From: Macrostomum lignano
Taxonomy: Eukaryota
Direction: 5' to 3'
DNA: 64,000 nucleotides
NCBI GenBank assembly: GCA_002269645.1
Contig: NIVC01001364.1
Location: forward strand, 124,001 to 188,000
Shown here: one piece after another, positions 43,660 to 58,700 of the stretch
How the letters are laid out: every line of letters begins with the position of its first letter
How positions within the stretch are numbered: position 1 is the first letter of the stretch
Made by a program: the position numbers and the translations under genes
The notes under the pieces: model-generated
What the model saw: the letters and a program-made list of their open reading frames with translations, nothing else
The model's database searches: none
What the model was told of the DNA's origin: nothing

Positions 43660-46600
43660 GTGAGCATTGCTGAGTTGAGTTACACTAACGCTGGAAAAGT
43701 GCATTCGCTTTACTTAATGAATATCATTTTTATTGGGCCAAAAATATGCTGCAGCTTTCAATGTCTTAGTTTCGATTGTAAAAAAGCAAACTTTATCATG
43801 ACGTATGCCAAGTCAGCACAATCAATCAAATTTCAGCATATTTGTCGCGGGTCCAGCTAAACCCTCATTGAATGTTTCACATTGACTGTGGGTGCTTCAA
43901 GCATCGACTGCCAAACATACTTTCAGACATGGGGTCCAGCTAAACCCTCATTGAATGTTTCACATTGCCTGTGGGTGCTTCAAGCATCGACTGCCAAACA
44001 TACTTTCAGACATGGGGTCGTCCAGCTAAACCCTCATTGATTGTCGTTCACATTGAGTGTGGATGCTTCAAGCATCGACTGCCAAACATACTTTCAGACA
44101 TGGGGTCCAGCTAAACCCTCATTGAATGCTTCACATTGACTGTGGGTGCTTCAAGCATCGACTGCCAAACATACTTTCAGACATGGGGTCCAGCTAAACC
44201 CTCATTGATTGTCGTTCACATTGAGTGTGGATGCTTCAAGCACCGACTGCCAAACATACTTTTAGACATGGGGTCCAGCTAAACCCTCATTGAATGTTTC
44301 ACATTGACTGTGGGTGCTTCAAGCACCGACTGCCAAACATACTTTCAGACATGGGGTCCAGCTAAACCCTCATTGAATGTTTCACATTGACTGTGGGTGC
44401 TTCAAGCACCGACTGCCAAACATACTTTCAGACATGGGGTCCAGCTAAACCCTCATTGATTGTCGTTCACATTGAGTGTGGATGCTTCAAGCACTGACTG
44501 CCAAACAGACTTTCAGACATGGGATCCAGCTGAATCCTCATTGAGTCATAATATGTTTACATTAGTTCATCAAAATCAATCATTGTGCAGATGGGCAGCG
44601 ACGTGACCATCCCACAAGCAGAGGGATCTTCTGCTGATGCTGACGCTGGCGACAGCGAACCGTGTGCATCTCGCGATGAGTCGAGTGTAGAGAAGGCGGC
44701 TACGAAGAAGACGACTTCCGTTCATAAGTCGCGTGAACAGCTCTCAGCATCGGCCAGGGTGACGAGAGCTACTCAAGAGGCAGCGGCTGCTGGACAAACC
44801 CGGAAAAACCATCCTGGAGACAAGAAGAGCTCTCCTAGTACCTTGGCGCTCCAGTCATCGAAGGAGAATGCTATGGTTGAGGAATGCGACTCAAGTGCTG
44901 CTGATCTCATGATCACGTCATCTGCTAACAAAATACAAGACCGGAAACCGTCACCACAGCGTCAGCATTTTGAATCGGTGAGCATTGCTGAGTTGAGTTA
45001 CACTAACGCTGGAAAAGTGCATTCGCTTTACTTAATGAATATCATTTTTATTGGGCCAAAAATATGCTGCAGCTTTCAATGTCTTAGTTTCGATTGTAAA
45101 AAAGCAAACTTTATCATGACGTATGCCAAGTCAGCACAATCAATCAAATTTCAGCATATTTGTCGCGGGTCCAGCTAAACCCTCATTGAATGTTTCACAT
45201 TGACTGTGGGTGCTTCAAGCATCGACTGCCAAACATACTTTCAGACATGGGGTCCAGCTAAACCCTCATTGAATGTTTCACATTGCCTGTGGGTGCTTCA
45301 AGCATCGACTGCCAAACATACTTTCAGACATGGGGTCGTCCAGCTAAACCCTCATTGATTGTCGTTCACATTGAGTGTGGATGCTTCAAGCATCGACTGC
45401 CAAACATACTTTCAGACATGGGGTCCAGCTAAACCCTCATTGAATGCTTCACATTGACTGTGGGTGCTTCAAGCATCGACTGCCAAACATACTTTCAGAC
45501 ATGGGGTCCAGCTAAACCCTCATTGATTGTCGTTCACATTGAGTGTGGATGCTTCAAGCACCGACTGCCAAACATACTTTTAGACATGGGGTCCAGCTAA
45601 ACCCTCATTGAATGTTTCACATTGACTGTGGGTGCTTCAAGCACCGACTGCCAAACATACTTTCAGACATGGGGTCCAGCTAAACCCTCATTGAATGTTT
45701 CACATTGACTGTGGGTGCTTCAAGCACCGACTGCCAAACATACTTTCAGACATGGGGTCCAGCTAAACCCTCATTGATTGTCGTTCACATTGAGTGTGGA
45801 TGCTTCAAGCACTGACTGCCAAACAGACTTTCAGACATGGGATCCAGCTGAATCCTCATTGAGTCATAATATGTTTACATTAGTTCATCAAAATCAATCA
45901 TTGTGCAGATGGGCAGCGACGTGACCATCCCACAAGCAGAGGGATCTTCTGCTGATGCTGACGCTGGCGACAGCGAACCGTGTGCATCTCGCGATGAGTC
46001 GAGTGTAGAGAAGGCGGCTACGAAGAAGACGACTTCCGTTCATAAGTCGCGTGAACAGCTCTCAGCATCGGCCAGGGTGACGAGAGCTACTCAAGAGGCA
46101 GCGGCTGCTGGACAAACCCGGAAAAACCATCCTGGAGACAAGAAGAGCTCTCCTAGTACCTTGGCGCTCCAGTCATCGAAGGAGAATGCTATGGTTGAGG
46201 AATGCGACTCAAGTGCTGCTGATCTCATGATCACGTCATCTGCTAACAAAATACAAGACCGGAAACCGTCACCACAGCGTCAGCATTTTGAATCGGTGAG
46301 CATTGCTGAGTTGAGTTACACTAACGCTGGAAAAGTGCATTCGCTTTACTTAATGAATATCATTTTTATTGGGCCAAAAATATGCTGCAGCTTTCAATGT
46401 CTTAGTTTCGATTGTAAAAAAGCAAACTTTATCATGACGTATGCCAAGTCAGCACAATCAATCAAATTTCAGCATATTTGTCGCGGGTCCAGCTAAACCC
46501 TCATTGAATGTTTCACATTGACTGTGGGTGCTTCAAGCATCGACTGCCAAACATACTTTCAGACATGGGGTCCAGCTAAACCCTCATTGAATGTTTCACA

Positions 46601-47710
46601 TTGCCTGTGGGTGCTTCAAGCATCGACTGCCAAACATACTTTCAGACATGGGGTCGTCCAGCTAAACCCTCATTGATTGTCGTTCACATTGAGTGTGGAT
46701 GCTTCAAGCATCGACTGCCAAACATACTTTCAGACATGGGGTCCAGCTAAACCCTCATTGAATGCTTCACATTGACTGTGGGTGCTTCAAGCATCGACTG
46801 CCAAACATACTTTCAGACATGGGGTCCAGCTAAACCCTCATTGATTGTCGTTCACATTGAGTGTGGATGCTTCAAGCACCGACTGCCAAACATACTTTTA
46901 GACATGGGGTCCAGCTAAACCCTCATTGAATGTTTCACATTGACTGTGGGTGCTTCAAGCACCGACTGCCAAACATACTTTCAGACATGGGGTCCAGCTA
47001 AACCCTCATTGAATGTTTCACATTGACTGTGGGTGCTTCAAGCACCGACTGCCAAACATACTTTCAGACATGGGGTCCAGCTAAACCCTCATTGATTGTC
47101 GTTCACATTGAGTGTGGATGCTTCAAGCACTGACTGCCAAACAGACTTTCAGACATGGGATCCAGCTGAATCCTCATTGAGTCATAATATGTTTACATTA
47201 GTTCATCAAAATCAATCATTGTGCAGATGGGCAGCGACGTGACCATCCCACAAGCAGAGGGATCTTCTGCTGATGCTGACGCTGGCGACAGCGAACCGTG
47301 TGCATCTCGCGATGAGTCGAGTGTAGAGAAGGCGGCTACGAAGAAGACGACTTCCGTTCATAAGTCGCGTGAACAGCTCTCAGCATCGGCCAGGGTGACG
47401 AGAGCTACTCAAGAGGCAGCGGCTGCTGGACAAACCCGGAAAAACCATCCTGGAGACAAGAAGAGCTCTCCTAGTACCTTGGCGCTCCAGTCATCGAAGG
47501 AGAATGCTATGGTTGAGGAATGCGACTCAAGTGCTGCTGATCTCATGATCACGTCATCTGCTAACAAAATACAAGACCGGAAACCGTCACCACAGCGTCA
47601 GCATTTTGAATCGGTGAGCATTGCTGAGTTGAGTTACACTAACGCTGGAAAAGTGCATTCGCTTTACTTAATGAATATCATTTTTATTGGGCCAAAAATA
47701 TGCTGCAGCT
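43248..47710 (+). repeat. Macrosatellite block 1: 4 copies of a 1318-bp unit (387-nt exon, ~200-bp unique intron, 83-86-bp monomers); last copy truncated
   Basis: Identical 197-aa ORFs at 43267, 44585, 45903 and 47221. Confidence 0.97.
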
Positions 47711-47737
47711 ATGAGATGGTTTTATTTCACGAGAATC

Positions 47738-49793
47738 GAGATGGTTTTATTTATTACTTGTGGTTTCTGAAACAAAACTGTTCACTAATATTCCTGTCGC
47801 TATCATGCTTGGAATAAATGCTTCATCAAGTGTTGATTTTAGAGAACCTAGATTGAAGGCTATGCATGCTATGCATTTCTCATGCTGCATTTGCAGCATT
47901 GCTTAATTTAAGGAGACATAAAGACAAGAGCCCTGCTTACAGCACGGACTCCTAAAATAGTTTGTGTGCTTTATATTCAAACGTTTACAGCTTCGGCAAC
48001 CGATAGGATAGGGCTGAATAATGAAACTTTAAAAGCCGAACCATCCTGACTGAGGTCCAAGCAAACCCCAAAGCTCATCAGCCAATCCTGTGCTTAAACG
48101 GACAGTCAAGAATGGGGTGGTTTAACTTTCATTCCTTACTGTCCGTCCGTTTGAACGTTGGTCATTTCCCTCTCTCCCTCCGAAGGGCTCTTATTGGTCT
48201 GTAGCTGGCTTAATCATCAAGGTCGAGGGTCTGAAATAGAGGGTCAACGTAAACATCTTCCTAATCACAAAAACAGACCAATTTCCAACCTCAAACAAGA
48301 CTTCAACTTGAATTAGTTGGCCTCACAAGTTGGTTCTGCCAACTGGTTGTCCTTAACACGCCAGCATGCAGAAAAAAAAGCCCCAAGCTAGTAGGCGTTT
48401 CTACGTTGAAAGGATTATCAAGTGCACGAAAAAGAAGCTCTACATAAAGTGGAAAGGATATTCTAGGTGAGTTTCAAAAGATTTATTCATCACTGCACTC
48501 TATTTATTATATATACTAAGAGTTGTTTCCATACGGCCATATCGGTTCGGCTAATAAACAGTGCTTCCATATTTTAGCAATCAAAATTCTTGGGAGCCAC
48601 GAAGCAACATACCAACAAGTGTGATTCAAAGTCTGCATTCATCTTGCGGTAAGAATTTTTAGTTATCACGTGTAATAATCTTATTAAATAATTGACCGTC
48701 TAACTTCTGTGTCAGAAAAAAATGACAATCTAACTCTCTTTAAAAATCTACCAAATTCAAAACATTCCAGAAAAATGCTTCCCGCCGAACGAGCAGCAGA
48801 AAACGATGACGGTAGGAACTCCTGACTTAACTGTTACTTAGATGTATGCCACTTCATTCCGCAATCGAATCTTAAGGCACGATTTCATTCGAAAGCATTC
48901 CAATCTGAGAGGTGGGGTCCAGCTAAACCCTCATTGAATGTCGTTCACATTGACTGTGGGTGCTTCAAGCATCGACTGCCAAACATACTTTCAGACATGG
49001 GGTCCAGCTAAACCCTCATTGAATGTCGTTCACATTGACTGTGGGTGCTTCAAGCATCGACTGCCAAACATACTTTCAGACATGGGGTCCAGCTAAACCC
49101 TCATTGAATGTTTCACATTGACTGTGGGTGCTTCAAGCATCGACTGCCAAACATACTTTCAGACATGGGGTCCAGCTAAACCCTCATTGATTGTCGTTCA
49201 CATTGAGTGTGGATGCTTCAAGCACCGACTGCCAAACATACTTTCAGACATGGGGTCCAGCTAAACCCTCATTGATTGTCGTTCACATTGAGTGTGGATG
49301 CTTCAAGCACTGACTGCCAAACAGACTTTCAGACATGGGATCCAGCTGAATCCTCATTGAGTCATAATATGTTTACATTAGTTCATCAAAATCAATCATT
49401 GTGCAGATGGGCAGCGACGTGACCATCCCACAAGCAGAGGGATCTTCTGCTGATGCTGACGCTGGCGACAGCGAACCGTGTGCATCTCGCGATGAGTCGA
49501 GTGTAGAGAAGGCGGCTACGAAGAAGACGACTTCCGTTCATAAGTCGCGTGAACAGCTCTCAGCATCGGCCAGGGTGTCGAGAGCTACTCAAGAGGCAGC
49601 GGCTGCTGGACAAACCCGGAAAAACCATCCTGGAGACAAGAAGAGCTCTCCTAGTACCTTGGCGCTCCAGTCATCGAAGGAGAATGCTATGGTTGAGGAA
49701 TGCGACTCAAGTGCTGCTGATCTCATGATCACGTCATCTGCTAACAAAATACAAGACCGGAAACCGTCACCACAGCGTCAGCATTTTGAATCG
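47738..49793 (+). repeat. Second copy of 41687-43659 (tandem segmental duplication, offset 6051 bp)
   Basis: Sequence from gagatggttttatttattac onward repeats essentially identically, with one extra 83-bp monomer. Confidence 0.97.
48366..49793 (+). CDS. Chromodomain-containing protein, copy 2; exons 48366-48466, 48578-48648, 48716-48811, 48842-48911, 49382 (or 49407)-49793, then repeated exons
   Basis: Same sequence and splice signals as copy 1. The 3' end lies beyond the window. Confidence 0.75.
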
Positions 49794-52700
49794 GTGAGCA
49801 TTGCTGAGTTGAGTTACACTAACGCTGGAAAAGTGCATTCGCTTTACTTAATGAATATCATTTTTATTGGGCCAAAAATATGCTGCAGCTTTCAATGTCT
49901 TAGTTTCGATTGTAAAAAAGCAAACTTTATCATGACGTATGCCAAGTCAGCACAATCAATCAAATTTCAGCATATTTGTCGCGGGTCCAGCTAAACCCTC
50001 ATTGAATGTTTCACATTGACTGTGGGTGCTTCAAGCATCGACTGCCAAACATACTTTCAGACATGGGGTCCAGCTAAACCCTCATTGAATGTTTCACATT
50101 GCCTGTGGGTGCTTCAAGCATCGACTGCCAAACATACTTTCAGACATGGGGTCGTCCAGCTAAACCCTCATTGATTGTCGTTCACATTGAGTGTGGATGC
50201 TTCAAGCATCGACTGCCAAACATACTTTCAGACATGGGGTCCAGCTAAACCCTCATTGAATGCTTCACATTGACTGTGGGTGCTTCAAGCATCGACTGCC
50301 AAACATACTTTCAGACATGGGGTCCAGCTAAACCCTCATTGATTGTCGTTCACATTGAGTGTGGATGCTTCAAGCACCGACTGCCAAACATACTTTTAGA
50401 CATGGGGTCCAGCTAAACCCTCATTGAATGTTTCACATTGACTGTGGGTGCTTCAAGCACCGACTGCCAAACATACTTTCAGACATGGGGTCCAGCTAAA
50501 CCCTCATTGAATGTTTCACATTGACTGTGGGTGCTTCAAGCACCGACTGCCAAACATACTTTCAGACATGGGGTCCAGCTAAACCCTCATTGATTGTCGT
50601 TCACATTGAGTGTGGATGCTTCAAGCACTGACTGCCAAACAGACTTTCAGACATGGGATCCAGCTGAATCCTCATTGAGTCATAATATGTTTACATTAGT
50701 TCATCAAAATCAATCATTGTGCAGATGGGCAGCGACGTGACCATCCCACAAGCAGAGGGATCTTCTGCTGATGCTGACGCTGGCGACAGCGAACCGTGTG
50801 CATCTCGCGATGAGTCGAGTGTAGAGAAGGCGGCTACGAAGAAGACGACTTCCGTTCATAAGTCGCGTGAACAGCTCTCAGCATCGGCCAGGGTGACGAG
50901 AGCTACTCAAGAGGCAGCGGCTGCTGGACAAACCCGGAAAAACCATCCTGGAGACAAGAAGAGCTCTCCTAGTACCTTGGCGCTCCAGTCATCGAAGGAG
51001 AATGCTATGGTTGAGGAATGCGACTCAAGTGCTGCTGATCTCATGATCACGTCATCTGCTAACAAAATACAAGACCGGAAACCGTCACCACAGCGTCAGC
51101 ATTTTGAATCGGTGAGCATTGCTGAGTTGAGTTACACTAACGCTGGAAAAGTGCATTCGCTTTACTTAATGAATATCATTTTTATTGGGCCAAAAATATG
51201 CTGCAGCTTTCAATGTCTTAGTTTCGATTGTAAAAAAGCAAACTTTATCATGACGTATGCCAAGTCAGCACAATCAATCAAATTTCAGCATATTTGTCGC
51301 GGGTCCAGCTAAACCCTCATTGAATGTTTCACATTGACTGTGGGTGCTTCAAGCATCGACTGCCAAACATACTTTCAGACATGGGGTCCAGCTAAACCCT
51401 CATTGAATGTTTCACATTGCCTGTGGGTGCTTCAAGCATCGACTGCCAAACATACTTTCAGACATGGGGTCCAGCTAAACCCTCATTTATTGTTTCACAT
51501 TGCCTGTGGGTGCTTCAAGCATCGACTGCCAAACATACTTTCAGACATGGGGTCCAGCTAAACCCTCATTGATTGTCGTTCACATTGACTGTGGGTGCTT
51601 CAAGCATCGACTGCCAAACATACTTTCAGACATGGGGTCCAGCTAAACCCTCATTGATTGTCGTTCACATTGAGTGTGGATGCTTCAAGCACCGACTGCC
51701 AAACATACTTTTAGACATGGGGTCCAGCTAAACCCTCATTGAATGTTTCACATTGACTGTGGGTGCTTCAAGCACCGACTGCCAAACATACTTTCAGACA
51801 TGGGGTCCAGCTAAACCCTCATTGATTGTCGTTCACATTGAGTGTGGATGCTTCAAGCACTGACTGCCAAACAGACTTTCAGACATGGGATCCAGCTGAA
51901 TCCTCATTGAGTCATAATATGTTTACATTAGTTCATCAAAATCAATCATTGTGCAGATGGGCAGCGACGTGACCATCCCACAAGCAGAGGGATCTTCTGC
52001 TGATGCTGACGCTGGCGACAGCGAACCGTGTGCATCTCGCGATGAGTCGAGTGTAGAGAAGGCGGCTACGAAGAAGACGACTTCCGTTCATAAGTCGCGT
52101 GAACAGCTCTCAGCATCGGCCAGGGTGACGAGAGCTACTCAAGAGGCAGCGGCTGCTGGACAAACCCGGAAAAACCATCCTGGAGACAAGAAGAGCTCTC
52201 CTAGTACCTTGGCGCTCCAGTCATCGAAGGAGAATGCTATGGTTGAGGAATGCGACTCAAGTGCTGCTGATCTCATGATCACGTCATCTGCTAACAAAAT
52301 ACAAGACCGGAAACCGTCACCACAGCGTCAGCATTTTGAATCGGTGAGCATTGCTGAGTTGAGTTACACTAACGCTGGAAAAGTGCATTCGCTTTACTTA
52401 ATGAATATCATTTTTATTGGGCCAAAAATATGCTGCAGCTTTCAATGTCTTAGTTTCGATTGTAAAAAAGCAAACTTTATCATGACGTATGCCAAGTCAG
52501 CACAATCAATCAAATTTCAGCATATTTGTCGCGGGTCCAGCTAAACCCTCATTGAATGTTTCACATTGACTGTGGGTGCTTCAAGCATCGACTGCCAAAC
52601 ATACTTTCAGACATGGGGTCCAGCTAAACCCTCATTGAATGTTTCACATTGCCTGTGGGTGCTTCAAGCATCGACTGCCAAACATACTTTCAGACATGGG

Positions 52701-55700
52701 GTCCAGCTAAACCCTCATTTATTGTTTCACATTGCCTGTGGGTGCTTCAAGCATCGACTGCCAAACATACTTTCAGACATGGGGTCCAGCTAAACCCTCA
52801 TTGATTGTCGTTCACATTGACTGTGGGTGCTTCAAGCATCGACTGCCAAACATACTTTCAGACATGGGGTCCAGCTAAACCCTCATTGATTGTCGTTCAC
52901 ATTGAGTGTGGATGCTTCAAGCACCGACTGCCAAACATACTTTTAGACATGGGGTCCAGCTAAACCCTCATTGAATGTTTCACATTGACTGTGGGTGCTT
53001 CAAGCACCGACTGCCAAACATACTTTCAGACATGGGGTCCAGCTAAACCCTCATTGATTGTCGTTCACATTGAGTGTGGATGCTTCAAGCACTGACTGCC
53101 AAACAGACTTTCAGACATGGGATCCAGCTGAATCCTCATTGAGTCATAATATGTTTACATTAGTTCATCAAAATCAATCATTGTGCAGATGGGCAGCGAC
53201 GTGACCATCCCACAAGCAGAGGGATCTTCTGCTGATGCTGACGCTGGCGACAGCGAACCGTGTGCATCTCGCGATGAGTCGAGTGTAGAGAAGGCGGCTA
53301 CGAAGAAGACGACTTCCGTTCATAAGTCGCGTGAACAGCTCTCAGCATCGGCCAGGGTGACGAGAGCTACTCAAGAGGCAGCGGCTGCTGGACAAACCCG
53401 GAAAAACCATCCTGGAGACAAGAAGAGCTCTCCTAGTACCTTGGCGCTCCAGTCATCGAAGGAGAATGCTATGGTTGAGGAATGCGACTCAAGTGCTGCT
53501 GATCTCATGATCACGTCATCTGCTAACAAAATACAAGACCGGAAACCGTCACCACAGCGTCAGCATTTTGAATCGGTGAGCATTGCTGAGTTGAGTTACA
53601 CTAACGCTGGAAAAGTGCATTCGCTTTACTTAATGAATATCATTTTTATTGGGCCAAAAATATGCTGCAGCTTTCAATGTCTTAGTTTCGATTGTAAAAA
53701 AGCAAACTTTATCATGACGTATGCCAAGTCAGCACAATCAATCAAATTTCAGCATATTTGTCGCGGGTCCAGCTAAACCCTCATTGAATGTTTCACATTG
53801 ACTGTGGGTGCTTCAAGCATCGACTGCCAAACATACTTTCAGACATGGGGTCCAGCTAAACCCTCATTGAATGTTTCACATTGCCTGTGGGTGCTTCAAG
53901 CATCGACTGCCAAACATACTTTCAGACATGGGGTCCAGCTAAACCCTCATTTATTGTTTCACATTGCCTGTGGGTGCTTCAAGCATCGACTGCCAAACAT
54001 ACTTTCAGACATGGGGTCCAGCTAAACCCTCATTGATTGTCGTTCACATTGACTGTGGGTGCTTCAAGCATCGACTGCCAAACATACTTTCAGACATGGG
54101 GTCCAGCTAAACCCTCATTGATTGTCGTTCACATTGAGTGTGGATGCTTCAAGCACCGACTGCCAAACATACTTTTAGACATGGGGTCCAGCTAAACCCT
54201 CATTGAATGTTTCACATTGACTGTGGGTGCTTCAAGCACCGACTGCCAAACATACTTTCAGACATGGGGTCCAGCTAAACCCTCATTGATTGTCGTTCAC
54301 ATTGAGTGTGGATGCTTCAAGCACTGACTGCCAAACAGACTTTCAGACATGGGATCCAGCTGAATCCTCATTGAGTCATAATATGTTTACATTAGTTCAT
54401 CAAAATCAATCATTGTGCAGATGGGCAGCGACGTGACCATCCCACAAGCAGAGGGATCTTCTGCTGATGCTGACGCTGGCGACAGCGAACCGTGTGCATC
54501 TCGCGATGAGTCGAGTGTAGAGAAGGCGGCTACGAAGAAGACGACTTCCGTTCATAAGTCGCGTGAACAGCTCTCAGCATCGGCCAGGGTGTCGAGAGCT
54601 ACTCAAGAGGCAGCGGCTGCTGGACAAACCCGGAAAAACCATCCTGGAGACAAGAAGAGCTCTCCTAGTACCTTGGCGCTCCAGTCATCGAAGGAGAATG
54701 CTATGGTTGAGGAATGCGACTCAAGTGCTGCTGATCTCATGATCACGTCATCTGCTAACAAAATACAAGACCGGAAACCGTCACCACAGCGTCAGCATTT
54801 TGAATCGGTGAGCATTGCTGAGTTGAGTTACACTAACGCTGGAAAAGTGCATTCGCTTTACTTAATGAATATCATTTTTATTGGGCCAAAAATATGCTGC
54901 AGCTTTCAATGTCTTAGTTTCGATTGTAAAAAAGCAAACTTTATCATGACGTATGCCAAGTCAGCACAATCAATCAAATTTCAGCATATTTGTCGCGGGT
55001 CCAGCTAAACCCTCATTGAATGTTTCACATTGACTGTGGGTGCTTCAAGCATCGACTGCCAAACATACTTTCAGACATGGGGTCCAGCTAAACCCTCATT
55101 GAATGTTTCACATTGCCTGTGGGTGCTTCAAGCATCGACTGCCAAACATACTTTCAGACATGGGGTCCAGCTAAACCCTCATTGATTGTCGTTCACATTG
55201 ACTGTGGGTGCTTCAAGCATCGACTGCCAAACATACTTTCAGACATGGGGTCCAGCTAAACCCTCATTGAATGTTTCACATTGACTGTGGGTGCTTCAAG
55301 CATCGACTGCCAAACATACTTTCAGACATGGGGTCCAGCTAAACCCTCATTGATTGTCGTTCACATTGAGTGTGGATGCTTCAAGCACCGACTGCCAAAC
55401 ATACTTTCAGACATGGGGTCCAGCTAAACCCTCATTGATTGTCGTTCACATTGAGTGTGGATGCTTCAAGCACTGACTGCCAAACAGACTTTCAGACATG
55501 GGATCCAGCTGAATCCTCATTGAGTCATAATATGTTTACATTAGTTCATCAAAATCAATCATTGTGCAGATGGGCAGCGACGTGACCATCCCACAAGCAG
55601 AGGGATCTTCTGCTGATGCTGACGCTGGCGACAGCGAACCGTGTGCATCTCGCGATGAGTCGAGTGTAGAGAAGGCGGCTACGAAGAAGACGACTTCCGT

Positions 55701-58700
55701 TCATAAGTCGCGTGAACAGCTCTCAGCATCGGCCAGGGTGTCGAGAGCTACTCAAGAGGCAGCGGCTGCTGGACAAACCCGGAAAAACCATCCTGGAGAC
55801 AAGAAGAGCTCTCCTAGTACCTTGGCGCTCCAGTCATCGAAGGAGAATGCTATGGTTGAGGAATGCGACTCAAGTGCTGCTGATCTCATGATCACGTCAT
55901 CTGCTAACAAAATACAAGACCGGAAACCGTCACCACAGCGTCAGCATTTTGAATCGGTGAGCATTGCTGAGTTGAGTTACACTAACGCTGGAAAAGTGCA
56001 TTCGCTTTACTTAATGAATATCATTTTTATTGGGCCAAAAATATGCTGCAGCTTTCAATGTCTTAGTTTCGATTGTAAAAAAGCAAACTTTATCATGACG
56101 TATGCCAAGTCAGCACAATCAATCAAATTTCAGCATATTTGTCGCGGGTCCAGCTAAACCCTCATTGAATGTTTCACATTGACTGTGGGTGCTTCAAGCA
56201 TCGACTGCCAAACATACTTTCAGACATGGGGTCCAGCTAAACCCTCATTGAATGTTTCACATTGCCTGTGGGTGCTTCAAGCATCGACTGCCAAACATAC
56301 TTTCAGACATGGGGTCCAGCTAAACCCTCATTTATTGTTTCACATTGCCTGTGGGTGCTTCAAGCATCGACTGCCAAACATACTTTCAGACATGGGGTCC
56401 AGCTAAACCCTCATTGATTGTCGTTCACATTGACTGTGGGTGCTTCAAGCATCGACTGCCAAACATACTTTCAGACATGGGGTCCAGCTAAACCCTCATT
56501 GATTGTCGTTCACATTGAGTGTGGATGCTTCAAGCACCGACTGCCAAACATACTTTTAGACATGGGGTCCAGCTAAACCCTCATTGAATGTTTCACATTG
56601 ACTGTGGGTGCTTCAAGCACCGACTGCCAAACATACTTTCAGACATGGGGTCCAGCTAAACCCTCATTGATTGTCGTTCACATTGAGTGTGGATGCTTCA
56701 AGCACTGACTGCCAAACAGACTTTCAGACATGGGATCCAGCTGAATCCTCATTGAGTCATAATATGTTTACATTAGTTCATCAAAATCAATCATTGTGCA
56801 GATGGGCAGCGACGTGACCATCCCACAAGCAGAGGGATCTTCTGCTGATGCTGACGCTGGCGACAGCGAACCGTGTGCATCTCGCGATGAGTCGAGTGTA
56901 GAGAAGGCGGCTACGAAGAAGACGACTTCCGTTCATAAGTCGCGTGAACAGCTCTCAGCATCGGCCAGGGTGACGAGAGCTACTCAAGAGGCAGCGGCTG
57001 CTGGACAAACCCGGAAAAACCATCCTGGAGACAAGAAGAGCTCTCCTAGTACCTTGGCGCTCCAGTCATCGAAGGAGAATGCTATGGTTGAGGAATGCGA
57101 CTCAAGTGCTGCTGATCTCATGATCACGTCATCTGCTAACAAAATACAAGACCGGAAACCGTCACCACAGCGTCAGCATTTTGAATCGGTGAGCATTGCT
57201 GAGTTGAGTTACACTAACGCTGGAAAAGTGCATTCGCTTTACTTAATGAATATCATTTTTATTGGGCCAAAAATATGCTGCAGCTTTCAATGTCTTAGTT
57301 TCGATTGTAAAAAAGCAAACTTTATCATGACGTATGCCAAGTCAGCACAATCAATCAAATTTCAGCATATTTGTCGCGGGTCCAGCTAAACCCTCATTGA
57401 ATGTTTCACATTGACTGTGGGTGCTTCAAGCATCGACTGCCAAACATACTTTCAGACATGGGGTCCAGCTAAACCCTCATTGAATGTTTCACATTGCCTG
57501 TGGGTGCTTCAAGCATCGACTGCCAAACATACTTTCAGACATGGGGTCCAGCTAAACCCTCATTTATTGTTTCACATTGCCTGTGGGTGCTTCAAGCATC
57601 GACTGCCAAACATACTTTCAGACATGGGGTCCAGCTAAACCCTCATTGATTGTCGTTCACATTGACTGTGGGTGCTTCAAGCATCGACTGCCAAACATAC
57701 TTTCAGACATGGGGTCCAGCTAAACCCTCATTGAATGTTTCACATTGACTGTGGGTGCTTCAAGCATCGACTGCCAAACATACTTTCAGACATGGGGTCC
57801 AGCTAAACCCTCATTGATTGTCGTTCACATTGAGTGTGGATGCTTCAAGCACCGACTGCCAAACATACTTTCAGACATGGGGTCCAGCTAAACCCTCATT
57901 GATTGTCGTTCACATTGAGTATGATGCTTCAAGCACTGACTGCCAAACAGACTTTCAGACATGGGATCCAGCTGAATCCTCATTGAGTCATAATATGTTT
58001 ACATTAGTTCATCAAAATCAATCATTGTGCAGATGGGCAGCGACGTGACCATCCCACAAGCAGAGGGATCTTCTGCTGATGCTGACGCTGGCGACAGCGA
58101 ACCGTGTGCATCTCGCGATGAGTCGAGTGTAGAGAAGGCGGCTACGAAGAAGACGACTTCCGTTCATAAGTCGCGTGAACAGCTCTCAGCATCGGCCAGG
58201 GTGTCGAGAGCTACTCAAGAGGCAGCGGCTGCTGGACAAACCCGGAAAAACCATCCTGGAGACAAGAAGAGCTCTCCTAGTACCTTGGCGCTCCAGTCAT
58301 CGAAGGAGAATGCTATGGTTGAGGAATGCGACTCAAGTGCTGCTGATCTCATGATCACGTCATCTGCTAACAAAATACAAGACCGGAAACCGTCACCACA
58401 GCGTCAGCATTTTGAATCGGTGAGCATTGCTGAGTTGAGTTACACTAACGCTGGAAAAGTGCATTCGCTTTACTTAATGAATATCATTTTTATTGGGCCA
58501 AAAATATGCTGCAGCTTTCAATGTCTTAGTTTCGATTGTAAAAAAGCAAACTTTATCATGACGTATGCCAAGTCAGCACAATCAATCAAATTTCAGCATA
58601 TTTGTCGCGGGTCCAGCTAAACCCTCATTGAATGTTTCACATTGACTGTGGGTGCTTCAAGCATCGACTGCCAAACATACTTTCAGACATGGGGTCCAGC

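Noticed and set aside
43660-43860. C-terminal ~66 aa of the 197-aa ORF (VSIAELSY...CRGSS), and the 73-76-aa ORFs in the monomers
   Set aside because: These follow a strong TCG|GTGAGC donor, are AT-rich and differ in composition, so they are most likely intron read-through. The monomer ORFs arise from repeat periodicity.
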